Notes: generated by a model from the sequence alone, not told the origin. Positions 10,603-19,565 are shown, counted from the first letter of the stretch. The stretch is 64,000 nt of DNA from Candidatus Kapaibacterium sp. (GCA_963665665.1 OY762428.1:1472001-1536000); one strand, 5' to 3'. Made by a program: numbers and translations.

Positions 10603-10982
10603 TAGTTAGCTCCTCCTGATTTCAGCAATTTTTCAGTAACATCAATCAGCACCGAGGGCTGTACAGGTTTCTCGAGGAATTCGTCAATTGGTAATACATC
10701 CGTTTTTCCGTACTCGTAACCTGTAACTCTTGCAATTGAAGTCAGCATGATAATCGGTGCGTCAATTCCGATTCTGCGGAATTTGTTTGCCAGGTAAAAC
10801 CCGTCATCAGGTTCGTCCATCATAACGTCAAGAATTATCAGGTCGTGCTTTTCGCTGCCTGTCAGTTCCAACGCTTCTTTTACATTGGCCGCTGAGGATG
10901 TTTCGTGTCCTTTTGCCTGAAGAATAAGGGTAATTGCCTCGACGATATCCGGATCGTCATCGATTATTGCAATTTTCGCCAT
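10602..10982 (-). CDS. Single-domain response regulator (receiver)
   Basis: IIDDD, DLIILDVMM, IIMLTS and FLEKP. Its stop codon overlaps the hydC start. Confidence 0.9.
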   Translation of the reverse strand: MAKIAIIDDDPDIVEAITLILQAKGHETSSAANVKEALELTGSEKHDLIILDVMMDEPDDGFYLANKFRRIGIDAPIIMLTSIARVTGYEYGKTDVLPIDEFLEKPVQPSVLIDVTEKLLKSGGAN

Positions 10983-11271
10983 GTGAATACCTCTGTTAAT
11001 TAGTATAATCTATAATCGTGATAATGCAAATTCGGAACAATATTTTTAACAGGGTAATATTGCAGAAATTATGTAACCCAAATGTGTGGATATTCCAATA
11101 TTTTGAAAAAAAATATTATTTGGATGAATTTTGATTTTATTTTTGGCCGAAATAATATTATATTCAAATAATATGAATCTGATATTTATTATTCGAAATT
11201 ATATTTATTATTCAATAATTATTGATCATGTTTTGAGCATTATTTTATCTAATAATTCAATGGTAAATTAT

Positions 11272-11517
11272 ATGTTATACAAGAAATTGAGTATAAAATC
11301 ATTAAGCAATAACGACTGTGCTTTATGCTTAGCCGGGTCAATGGCAGGTTCACCTGCAGCTCAGGTACTTTGTGAATCGGGTTCAGCTCCTGATAATATT
11401 AATAAATATGGTTGTACCAACGGCTACGAAAATACTTCTCACGATATTACAAAATGCAATTCCGGATCGCTAAATCAGATCCCCTCTTCCTGTTTTAACG
11501 GGGTAGAACCTTTATAA
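11272..11517 (+). CDS. CxxG-repeat peptide P1 (putative RiPP precursor), 81 aa
   Basis: Start reassigned to ATG 11272 by alignment with paralogues: MLYKKLSI leader, then CLAG, CESG, CTNG, CNSG, CFNG. Confidence 0.8.
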   Translation: MLYKKLSIKSLSNNDCALCLAGSMAGSPAAQVLCESGSAPDNINKYGCTNGYENTSHDITKCNSGSLNQIPSSCFNGVEPL

Positions 11518-11526
11518 CCGGCCAAT

Positions 11527-11561
11527 AAAAAATCCCCTCCTGCAATAGGAAGGGATTTTTT
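11527..11561. terminator. Bidirectional intrinsic terminator between P1 and the PFOR gene
   Basis: AAAAAATCCCCTCCT-GCAAT-AGGAAGGGATTTTTT. Confidence 0.8.
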
Positions 11562-11580
11562 AATCAATCTATTATCGGGA

Positions 11581-14500
11581 TTAGCCTTCGCCGTTTCCGT
11601 CAAATTTTCTTTCAGAAAGATATTTATAAGTTGCATATCTTTCATCAACATCTTTTTGTGCCTGCTCATAATATTTAGCAGCATCTTCAGGTTTGATCTT
11701 CTTAAGCATACGGAACCTTGTTTCAGCATCCATGTATTCTGCAACAGGCATTTTCGGAGCTTTTGAATCAAGTGAAAGCGGGTTTTTGCCTTCTTTTGTA
11801 AGCTCAGGATTGTACCTGTAAAGTATCCACTGCCCTGAATCGATTGCCATTTTCTGGTGTACGAGAGGATTGGTCATATCAATACCATGAGCAATACAGT
11901 GGCTGTATGCAATAATGATTGACGGCCCATCGTAGGCTTCTGCTTCAACAAATGTTTTAAGTGTGTGAGCATCGTTCGAACCAAGAGCTACAACACCAAC
12001 ATAAACGTTGCCATAAGACATTGCCATCATACCGAGGTCTTTCTTTTTGTCCGGTTTACCGCCGGCAGCGAATTTTGCAATTGCGCTGATCGGTGTGGCT
12101 TTTGATTTCTGGCCGCCTGTGTTCGAGTAAACTTCAGTATCAAGTACAAGAACGTTAACATTTTTGCCGGTTGCTAGTACGTGGTCAAGTCCGCCGTATC
12201 CAATATCATAAGCCCATCCGTCACCACCGATGATCCAAACTGATTTCTTAACAAGGTAATCAGCAACTGCTTTCAGACGTTTTGCTTCAGGAGTATCAAG
12301 ATTTTCAATTTTTGCTTTGAGTTCAGCTACTCTTACGCGCTGCTCTTCAATGTCTTTATCTGATTTCTGAACAGCATTCATAATATCGTTTGCCAGATCA
12401 GCACCGATAGCATCTTTCATATTTTCAATAAGTTCAAGGCCAATTTCATTCTGTTTGTCGATAGCAAGGCGCATTCCAAGGCCAAATTCAGCATTGTCTT
12501 CGAACAGTGAGTTCGACCAGGCAGTACCGCGACCGTTTGCGTCAACTGACCATGGAGTTGTAGGAAGGTTACCACCGTAAATAGATGAGCAGCCTGTAGC
12601 GTTAGCAACAACAGCGCGATCGCCAAAGAGCTGAGACATCAGTTTAACATAAGGTGTTTCACCGCAACCTGCACAAGCGCCGGAGAATTCGAATAGCGGC
12701 CTCTGAAGCTGCTGCTGACGAAGCTGGTTAACGTTGATAAGGTCTCTTGATTTTTCAGGAATGTTAAGGAAGAATTCCCAGTTTTTAACTTCTTCTGTAC
12801 GCAATGGCATCTGAGGTGCCATATTGAGTGATTTCCTGCCAACATTTTTCTTATCTTTTGCAGGGCAAACTTCAACACAAACGCCGCAACCTGTACAATC
12901 TTCAGGAGCAATCTGAATAGTGTATTTTTCGCCTTTCCAGTTCTTGTCCTTTGTATCCATTGCTTTGAATGTTGCAGGAGCGCCTTCAAGATATTTTTCG
13001 TCATAGGATTTAATCCTGATTGAAGCGTGAGGACAAACCATTGCACATTTACCGCACTGGATACAAAGATCAGGTTCCCAAACAGGAATATCAAGAGCGA
13101 TATTGCGTTTTTCGTACTGTGTTGTAGCCATTGGCCATGTACCGTCTGCCGGGAATGCACTAACCGGAAGGTCGTCGCCACGGCTGGCAATAATTTCACC
13201 AATAACATTCTTAACAAATTCAGGTGAACTTTCCGGAACAGGCTTGTGAAGTTCGAATGTGCTGTCTGCTGCAGCCGGAATTTCAACCTGCTGGAGATAT
13301 TCAAGAGTATTGTCAACAGCTTTAAGGTTCATGTTAACAATTTCATCACCTTTACGGCCATAAGTTTTCTTAATTGATTTCTTGATTTCTTCAATTGCCT
13401 GTTCGCGAGGAAGAACGCCTGAAATAGCAAAGAAACAAACCTGCATAACAGTGTTGATCCTGCGTCCCATGCCACTGATATCTGCTACATGCTGTGCATC
13501 AATTGTATAAAGTTTGATTTCTTTGTCGATAATTTCCTGCTGAACTGTTTTTGGCAGGTTGCCCCATACTTCTTCTTTTTTCCAGGGAGCATTGATAAGG
13601 AAAGTTCCTCCTTTTACAAGGTCTTTTACCATATCAAGTTTTTCCAGGAATACTGTCTGGTGGCAGGCAACAAAGTTAGCTTTGTTTACAAGATAAGTTG
13701 ATCTGATCGGTTTCGGGCCGAATCTGAGGTGAGAAACAGTAAGAGCACCTGCTTTTTTCGAATCATAAACAAAGTAACCCTGAGCATAATTGTCTGTATT
13801 TTCACCAATGATCTTGATAGAGTTTTTATTAGCGCCAACCGTACCGTCTGAACCAAGGCCGTAGAACATAGCGCGAACTACATCATCACCTTCAAGGCTG
13901 AAGTCTTTGTCATATTCAATATAGTTGCCTGTAATGTCATCAACGATACCAACAACGAAGCTGTTTTTAGGATCGTCGTTTTTCAGTTCATCATAAACGC
14001 CTTTAACCATTGAAGCTGTAAATTCTTTTGAAGAAAGGCCATAACGTCCGCCAACAACTTTTGGCATATCTTTAACTTCACCCCAACCCTTGTTAAGGCC
14101 TTCGTAAAGAGCTGCAACAACATCCTGATACAAAGGCTCGCCTGCTGCACCAGGTTCTTTTGTCCTGTCAAGAACAGCAATTTTCTTAACTGTTGCAGGA
14201 AGGGCTTCCATGAAACGTTTTACATCGAAAGGACGATACAAACGAACTTTTACAACACCAACTTTTTCGCCGTTATTTGTTAAATATTCAACTGTTTCGT
14301 CAGTTGTTGCACCGGCGGAAGCCATAAGAACTATCACGCGGTCAGCATCCGGAGCACCTTCGTACTGGAATACTTTATATTCACGGCCTGTAAGTTTGGC
14401 AAATTTATCCATGTTCTCCTGAACGATATCAGGGCATGCTTCATAATATTTATTAATTGTTTCACGATTCTGGAAAAATACGTCCGGGTTCTGGGCTGTA

Positions 14501-15153
14501 CCCCTGATAACCGGATGGTCAGGTGAAAGTGATCTTTCCCTGTGTTCTCTTACCAGTTCGTCGTCAATCATTTCTTTCATAACATCTTCAGAAAGAAGTT
14601 CAATTTTTGCAACTTCGTGTGATGTACGGAAACCATCAAAGAATGCAAGGAAAGGAATCCTCGATTTCAGAGTGGAAGCCTGTGCAATAAGAGCAAGGTC
14701 CATTGTTTCCTGAACAGAACCTGCTGCTGTCATACCAAAACCGGTACCACGGGCAGCCATAACATCACTATGATCGCCAAATATTGAAAGTGCATGTGTA
14801 GCAAGAGACCTTGCACTAATGCTGAATAACGCCGGAGTTAGTTCGCCGGCAATTTTATACATGTTAGGTATTTTCAAAAGTAAGCCCTGCGAGGCAGTAA
14901 AAGTAGCAGTCAGAGCGCCTCCCTGTAAGGAACCGTGAACAGCACCGGCAGCGCCGCCTTCACTCTGCATTTCCATTACTTCAGGAATGTTGCCCCAGAT
15001 GTTCTTAACACCCTTGGATGCCCATTCGTCTGCCCATTCACCCATGTTCGATGATGGTGTAATCGGGTAAATAGCGCAAACTTCGTTGGTCTTATAAGCA
15101 ACGTAAGCTGCCGCTTCATTTCCGTCGATCATTACAAATTTCTTTTCGCTCAT
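11581..15153 (-). CDS. nifJ: Pyruvate:ferredoxin (flavodoxin) oxidoreductase, homodimeric type
   Basis: YPITPSS, MQSEGGAAGAVHG, GLGSDGTVG, two 4Fe-4S motifs (CIQCGKC, CTGCGVC), GACAGCGE and GGDGWAYDIG. 1190 aa. Confidence 0.97.
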   Translation of the reverse strand: MSEKKFVMIDGNEAAAYVAYKTNEVCAIYPITPSSNMGEWADEWASKGVKNIWGNIPEVMEMQSEGGAAGAVHGSLQGGALTATFTASQGLLLKIPNMYKIAGELTPALFSISARSLATHALSIFGDHSDVMAARGTGFGMTAAGSVQETMDLALIAQASTLKSRIPFLAFFDGFRTSHEVAKIELLSEDVMKEMIDDELVREHRERSLSPDHPVIRGTAQNPDVFFQNRETINKYYEACPDIVQENMDKFAKLTGREYKVFQYEGAPDADRVIVLMASAGATTDETVEYLTNNGEKVGVVKVRLYRPFDVKRFMEALPATVKKIAVLDRTKEPGAAGEPLYQDVVAALYEGLNKGWGEVKDMPKVVGGRYGLSSKEFTASMVKGVYDELKNDDPKNSFVVGIVDDITGNYIEYDKDFSLEGDDVVRAMFYGLGSDGTVGANKNSIKIIGENTDNYAQGYFVYDSKKAGALTVSHLRFGPKPIRSTYLVNKANFVACHQTVFLEKLDMVKDLVKGGTFLINAPWKKEEVWGNLPKTVQQEIIDKEIKLYTIDAQHVADISGMGRRINTVMQVCFFAISGVLPREQAIEEIKKSIKKTYGRKGDEIVNMNLKAVDNTLEYLQQVEIPAAADSTFELHKPVPESSPEFVKNVIGEIIASRGDDLPVSAFPADGTWPMATTQYEKRNIALDIPVWEPDLCIQCGKCAMVCPHASIRIKSYDEKYLEGAPATFKAMDTKDKNWKGEKYTIQIAPEDCTGCGVCVEVCPAKDKKNVGRKSLNMAPQMPLRTEEVKNWEFFLNIPEKSRDLINVNQLRQQQLQRPLFEFSGACAGCGETPYVKLMSQLFGDRAVVANATGCSSIYGGNLPTTPWSVDANGRGTAWSNSLFEDNAEFGLGMRLAIDKQNEIGLELIENMKDAIGADLANDIMNAVQKSDKDIEEQRVRVAELKAKIENLDTPEAKRLKAVADYLVKKSVWIIGGDGWAYDIGYGGLDHVLATGKNVNVLVLDTEVYSNTGGQKSKATPISAIAKFAAGGKPDKKKDLGMMAMSYGNVYVGVVALGSNDAHTLKTFVEAEAYDGPSIIIAYSHCIAHGIDMTNPLVHQKMAIDSGQWILYRYNPELTKEGKNPLSLDSKAPKMPVAEYMDAETRFRMLKKIKPEDAAKYYEQAQKDVDERYATYKYLSERKFDGNGEG

Positions 15154-15412
15154 ATCAATATTCCCTTAATATAGAGTTTAAATGGAAAAAGTCATAAAAT
15201 ATTTAATTGTCAAGATTTATCTTTTTAAGAAAAATACTATTACAGATTACAAATTTAAGAATTATTTGTGAAAATATCGAAGCATATATGCAATATTTTT
15301 CTTATATTTAATTGTTATTATTAACAGTTAGACTAATATAATTATTAGTCTTCACAAAATATTACAGTTTTTTTTGTATACAATTGGGAAATTAATTTAC
15401 AAAAAATAAAAT

Positions 15413-15600
15413 ATGAAGCGCAAAGAACTCAAAATCAATGCACTTAATAAAAGATATTTCAATTATCCGGCAATGGCGTTTTTCCAGGAAGAACTGTCGG
15501 GCTATGTTTTCCTGGCCATGTTATTGCTAATCATGATATACACTCATTAGCAATACCCTATTAGGCCTTTGTTATCAAGGTAGATATCCGCTAAGAGCAA
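15413..15600 (+). pseudogene. Probable frameshifted relic of the CxxG peptide family
   Basis: ATG 15413 gives MKRKELKINAL (leader-like). GLCFPG (15499-15516) and GLCYQG (15564-15581) occur in the two other frames, directly upstream of P2. Confidence 0.45.
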
Positions 15601-15646
15601 CGGGAAATTCCAACAAATCAAATACTTATTATTACTCAGAAAAATT

Positions 15647-15871
15647 ATGAAATATACTAAACCAAGGCTTAATAATATAAATTCCGAAACTATTCGAACA
15701 TATTGTGCAGACGGAACTGCCGCTCAGGCTTCAACAGGATGTATTGCCGGAGGAGCTATTGATTTTTTATGTTCATTTGGCATAGAGAAGGGTAATTGTG
15801 TTGCAGGGTTCGAGGCTTCATCAGGAGGATTATCAGTTGAATGTGATAACGGAAGCGATGATATTCTCTAA
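15647..15871 (+). CDS. CxxG-repeat peptide P2 (putative RiPP precursor), 74 aa
   Basis: MKYTKPRL leader, then CADG, CIAG, CSFG, CVAG, CDNG. Confidence 0.85.
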   Translation: MKYTKPRLNNINSETIRTYCADGTAAQASTGCIAGGAIDFLCSFGIEKGNCVAGFEASSGGLSVECDNGSDDIL

Positions 15872-15988
15872 GAATTGTTAATCTGACTTAGAATAAACAT
15901 TTTAAACAAAGATTAATTTTGTTAAATATAAATTTATCCTTAAATTAATTTTGTAAACAACTATCCATTGAATTATTGTTGATACAAA

Positions 15989-16219
15989 ATGAAATACTCA
16001 AAACTGCGCTTGTTATCGCTTGATGACGACAAGGGCGAAGCATACTGTGGCGATGGTTCATCAGCTTTTGGGCTAACGGGATGTACTACTGGCTCTGTTG
16101 ATGGTTCTTCATGTACCAATGGCAATGGCGATCTTGCCTGTTGGGTCGGAAATTCTGCCGAATTGGGCAGCCTTTTCACTTATTGCAGTAATGGCGGAGA
16201 TGATAACTCCCAACCCTGA
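15989..16219 (+). CDS. CxxG-repeat peptide P3 (putative RiPP precursor), 76 aa
   Basis: MKYSKLRL leader, then CGDG, CTTG, CTNG, CWVG, CSNG. Cys positions are identical to P2. Confidence 0.85.
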   Translation: MKYSKLRLLSLDDDKGEAYCGDGSSAFGLTGCTTGSVDGSSCTNGNGDLACWVGNSAELGSLFTYCSNGGDDNSQP

Positions 16220-16239
16220 CTTTCTCAACTTGTCAAAAT

Positions 16240-16276
16240 ATTATCCCCGGCAAATAATATATTTGTCGGGGATAAT
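16240..16276. terminator. Bidirectional terminator between P3 and the ferritin-like gene
   Basis: ATTATCCCCGGCAAATA...TATTTGTCGGGGATAAT inverted repeat with A/T flanks. Confidence 0.75.
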
Positions 16277-16293
16277 TTATTTTTTGAATTCCC

Positions 16294-16743
16294 TTAATTC
16301 TCGTAAAGAACCTCATCATCATATAAAGTTTCAAGCATCAATTTGTGCTGAGATTCTTCTGCTGCAAGCTTCAGGAACAATTGCTTAACAGCAATATCAT
16401 CTGAAGCATTCGATAGAATTATATAAAGGCGGTTAGCCTTTTCTTCTCTTTTCATAGCCGTAACAAGAATTTCCTGGAAAGTCATATTATCATGAATATC
16501 CGGAGCTTCCATTGAATTTGAAATTTTCAGATCCTGAATTTCAGGTAGTTTAAACCCTTCAAAATCTTCTGCTTTGAAATTCCTGATTTTTTCTGCATGA
16601 ATTTGTTCCATTTTTTCAAATTCTTTCAGCATATTTTTACTGGAATCGGATTTCACTCTATCCTGAAGACTACGATAGAACTCAGCAGCTTCAAGTTCTC
16701 TTTCAATCGCGTATTCCAGGACTTCACTAACTTTTGCGTCCAT
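16294..16743 (-). CDS. Rubrerythrin-like/ferritin-like di-iron four-helix protein
   Basis: Duplicated AIERE..A..FY / E..H and AMKRE..A..LY / EE..H pattern. Confidence 0.85.
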   Translation of the reverse strand: MDAKVSEVLEYAIERELEAAEFYRSLQDRVKSDSSKNMLKEFEKMEQIHAEKIRNFKAEDFEGFKLPEIQDLKISNSMEAPDIHDNMTFQEILVTAMKREEKANRLYIILSNASDDIAVKQLFLKLAAEESQHKLMLETLYDDEVLYEN

Positions 16744-16820
16744 AAATATTTCCTTTTCTATTTTAAAAACAGCCTTTGAATAAAAAATCCAAAGGCCTGG
16801 TTGTCAAATTTTTAAATTAT

Positions 16821-17330
16821 TTATTCAGCAGTTGGGGGAGTAAACACCCTGCTTTTGAGTTCGCTGTCAAGGAAGAATAGCCCTGCACCCGATTCGCCGG
16901 CAAGTTTAACCCTGTCAACTATCTCGCTGACAGTGGCTTCTTCTTCCACCTGCTCGTTAATGAACCATTGGAGCATAGTTCCCGAGGCGTGGTCTTTTTC
17001 CTGCAATGCAAGATCATAAAGGTCGTTTATACTTGCCGTAATCGACTGTTCATGCGCGTAAGCTGCTTCAAAACCCGCAAGAGGTGACTCCCATTCAGTA
17101 GGTGTGGCATTTATCTGCCCAAGTTTAACTTTTCCGCCACGGTCAAGCAAATAATCAAATAACTTAAGAGCATGGGATTGTTCTTCCTGAGCCTGAATCC
17201 TCATCCAGTTAGCGAATCCGTTCATATTTATTGAATGATAGTATGCAGCCATAGCAAGATAAAGATTCGATGAATACATTTCTTTTCTTATCTGTTCATT
17301 AATTGCATCAACCATAACCTGCTTAATCAT
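16821..17330 (-). CDS. ftnA: Non-heme ferritin
   Basis: NEQIRKEMYSSNLYLAM, QAQEEQSHA and LQWFINEQVEEE ferroxidase residues. Confidence 0.95.
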   Translation of the reverse strand: MIKQVMVDAINEQIRKEMYSSNLYLAMAAYYHSINMNGFANWMRIQAQEEQSHALKLFDYLLDRGGKVKLGQINATPTEWESPLAGFEAAYAHEQSITASINDLYDLALQEKDHASGTMLQWFINEQVEEEATVSEIVDRVKLAGESGAGLFFLDSELKSRVFTPPTAE

Positions 17331-17469
17331 AAATTTCTCCGTTTTTAAAATATTATCTATAACAATTTACATATTAATATTTAACGCTACATTCTGTGAT
17401 TTATTTGATTTAAGTATCTAAATTCAGTATTTTTGTTGAAATTTTGATATTCAATATTTACAGGTAATT

Positions 17470-17733
17470 ATGATTTACAGAAAACCACATCTTTTAGGAT
17501 TCAATAGTGAAACGGCACAACTTTGCCAGGACGGCAGTGGAGCCACTGGAATGGTGAATGTATTTCCAGGAACCCCAACGCATTGCAACAGCGGAAGTAC
17601 TCCTGATGATTCAACTGCAAGCAGTGGATGCAATGACGGAAGCGTTGACAGCAATGCCACTTGGTATAGTTGTCTGTCAGGATCGTTAAATGCATTAAAC
17701 GGCTCTCCTTGCGATAATGGCGGAACTCCTTAG
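17470..17733 (+). CDS. CxxG-repeat peptide P4 (putative RiPP precursor), 87 aa
   Basis: MIYRKPHL leader, then CQDG, CNSG, CNDG, CLSG, CDNG. Confidence 0.85.
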   Translation: MIYRKPHLLGFNSETAQLCQDGSGATGMVNVFPGTPTHCNSGSTPDDSTASSGCNDGSVDSNATWYSCLSGSLNALNGSPCDNGGTP

Positions 17734-17798
17734 CATATTTGATAGTAACTCATTTGTAATTGTATGTTGTTTTTAAAACATTGAGAAAGAAATTTAGT

Positions 17799-18053
17799 AT
17801 GATATATTCCAAACCAAATCTTTTTTTTGTAAAGGATAGCTCCTCACAATATTGTTCTGCAGGAACAGCTGCTTCTGGAAGTATTTATAACTCTACTTTA
17901 TGTAATCCTTCCGGCAGCAGTCCAAATGCAACTAGTCCATACGGTGTTTGTACAGATGGTAATACAAATTCATCACCAGCCTACCAGACATGTAATTCCG
18001 GATCAACTGTTTCCGTTTCCGGTTTTGCATGTGACTCAGGAGGAAGTAATTAG
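17799..18053 (+). CDS. CxxG-repeat peptide P5 (putative RiPP precursor), 84 aa
   Basis: Start reassigned to ATG 17799: MIYSKPNL leader, then CSAG, CNPSG, CTDG, CNSG, CDSG. Confidence 0.85.
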   Translation: MIYSKPNLFFVKDSSSQYCSAGTAASGSIYNSTLCNPSGSSPNATSPYGVCTDGNTNSSPAYQTCNSGSTVSVSGFACDSGGSN

Positions 18054-18060
18054 TTGGAAT

Positions 18061-18090
18061 AAATACTCCGAAGCAAACTTCGGTGTATTT
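18061..18090. terminator. Hairpin terminator downstream of P5
   Basis: AAATACTCCGAAG-CAAA-CTTCGGTGTATTT. Confidence 0.65.
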
Positions 18091-18127
18091 ATTCAATTAG
18101 ATAAAATTTTATAACCGAATATTTGAT

Positions 18128-18976
18128 TTAATCATAATATTCATAATAAGAAATTATACTGACAGAATCATTTCTTATTATTTCCGTTTTGATTAATTTA
18201 TTTCCCTCGTAAATATTCTTTCCCGTTTGAATAGTTTTTTGCGGTTGATAAGTTGTGTTTTGATAGCTTAGGATTTTTTCTTCATCATTGTATAACAATA
18301 CATTTTCACTATAGAGTAAGGAATCTTTATAAAATTGAGTTTTTACGATTTTATCACCATCATAAATATTCAGATTTTTCCTTTGTTCTTTTCCATTTGC
18401 ATCGGTTGTTATTCTTGATATTTGTTTTTCACCATCAAAAATTGTAACAGTTCTTTGAATCAATGTGCTATCCGGCTTGTAAACTTTTTGAATATTTTCT
18501 TCATCACCGTATTCAGTATAAGTCCTTTTTGTTATTTCACCTTTTTGATTATAATGAACTTTTAATATTTCCCGCCCTTCTGAATCATATTCGTATGTTT
18601 CGTAGAGATATTTTTCCTCTTTTTTATCAAATTGATAGCGTTTAATGATTTTACCATTATCATTATATTCAAAGTCTGAAAAATATTTTGTTTTTTCGTT
18701 TTTTATATTACCGTTATCATAATCGATAGAAGTCATGCCCAACGTGTTGCCTAACGAATCAACTATAAATCTGGTCTCTTTTTTTAAAATATCGGCTGGT
18801 TTATATTTTATCTGCCGTTCAAATTGTCCGGATTCATTCATAAACATAATATCTTTGGAAACTAATTCATCATTTATATAAGTTTCCTGAATTACTTTAC
18901 TGAATTTTGGGATTTCTTTAACAGATGCGCAGCCAATAATGACAGATACAATTAATACAGGAATTATATTTTTCAT
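18128..18976 (-). CDS. Hypothetical lipoprotein with YD/RHS-like beta-hairpin repeats
   Basis: Likely start MKNII at 18976 with lipobox IIGC. Repeated YxYD..G / IYDG.K motifs. Confidence 0.6.
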   Translation of the reverse strand: MKNIIPVLIVSVIIGCASVKEIPKFSKVIQETYINDELVSKDIMFMNESGQFERQIKYKPADILKKETRFIVDSLGNTLGMTSIDYDNGNIKNEKTKYFSDFEYNDNGKIIKRYQFDKKEEKYLYETYEYDSEGREILKVHYNQKGEITKRTYTEYGDEENIQKVYKPDSTLIQRTVTIFDGEKQISRITTDANGKEQRKNLNIYDGDKIVKTQFYKDSLLYSENVLLYNDEEKILSYQNTTYQPQKTIQTGKNIYEGNKLIKTEIIRNDSVSIISYYEYYD

Positions 18977-19083
18977 TTTATACCAAATGTAAATTATTAA
19001 TAACATGGAATTTACTAAATTGTTTTGAGTTATAAAATAATTTTTATATTTTGAAATAATTGTATAATTATTTTTACTGTAAT

Positions 19084-19329
19084 ATGAAATATCGAAAACT
19101 AAACTTGCTTTTTTTAGAGGTTACAGACAAGAATACTTGTGCTGTTGGAAGCAGTGCTTCTTTTAGTCCACTTTGTACTAACGGCCCGGATGTAAATTCC
19201 GGAATGAGTTGCAGTACCGGCCAGACAAACTCCATGACATGCACCATAGGGACTTCTGCAATGGGTACGGGCTGTCAAACGGGTACTGTTTTTGGTACTG
19301 GTTGTGTAAGTGGAACAACAGATACTTAA
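19084..19329 (+). CDS. CxxG-repeat peptide P6 (putative RiPP precursor), 81 aa
   Basis: Start reassigned to ATG 19084: MKYRKLNL leader, then CAVG, CTNG, CSTG, CTIG, CQTG, CVSG. Confidence 0.85.
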   Translation: MKYRKLNLLFLEVTDKNTCAVGSSASFSPLCTNGPDVNSGMSCSTGQTNSMTCTIGTSAMGTGCQTGTVFGTGCVSGTTDT

Positions 19330-19477
19330 AGTCATTATTTTAAACATTACCAAAATCTTAACTGATATCTTCACAGTATTATATTTTTGGTTCTATAACG
19401 GATAGTGTGGGTAATCAAACTTAAGTTTCCAGGCAATGAATTTTATTATTTTTATAAAATCTTTCCCCACAAAACGC

Positions 19478-19565
19478 AGATGTCCCACACTTTTTAGGTG
19501 TAGGACATCTTTTTTAATAATGCATATTTTTATCAACCTTCCGAAGGTTTGAAACCTTCGGAAGG
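19478..19565. repeat. Two REP-like palindromes downstream of nuoN
   Basis: AGATGTCCCACAC...GTGTAGGACATCT (19478-19510) and the perfect CCTTCCGAAGGTTT-G-AAACCTTCGGAAGG (19537-19565). Confidence 0.65.

Noticed and set aside
15940-19083. Shared Bacteroidota TAnnTTTG promoter upstream of the peptide genes
   Set aside because: Matches are seen before P3 and P4 but not consistently before the others, and such matches are expected by chance in very AT-rich DNA.
11272-19329. CxxG peptides as ferredoxins, c-type cytochromes or DnaJ-type zinc fingers
   Set aside because: They have no CxxCxxC, CxxCH or CxxCxGxG motifs. The Cys residues are single and spaced 9-20 residues apart.
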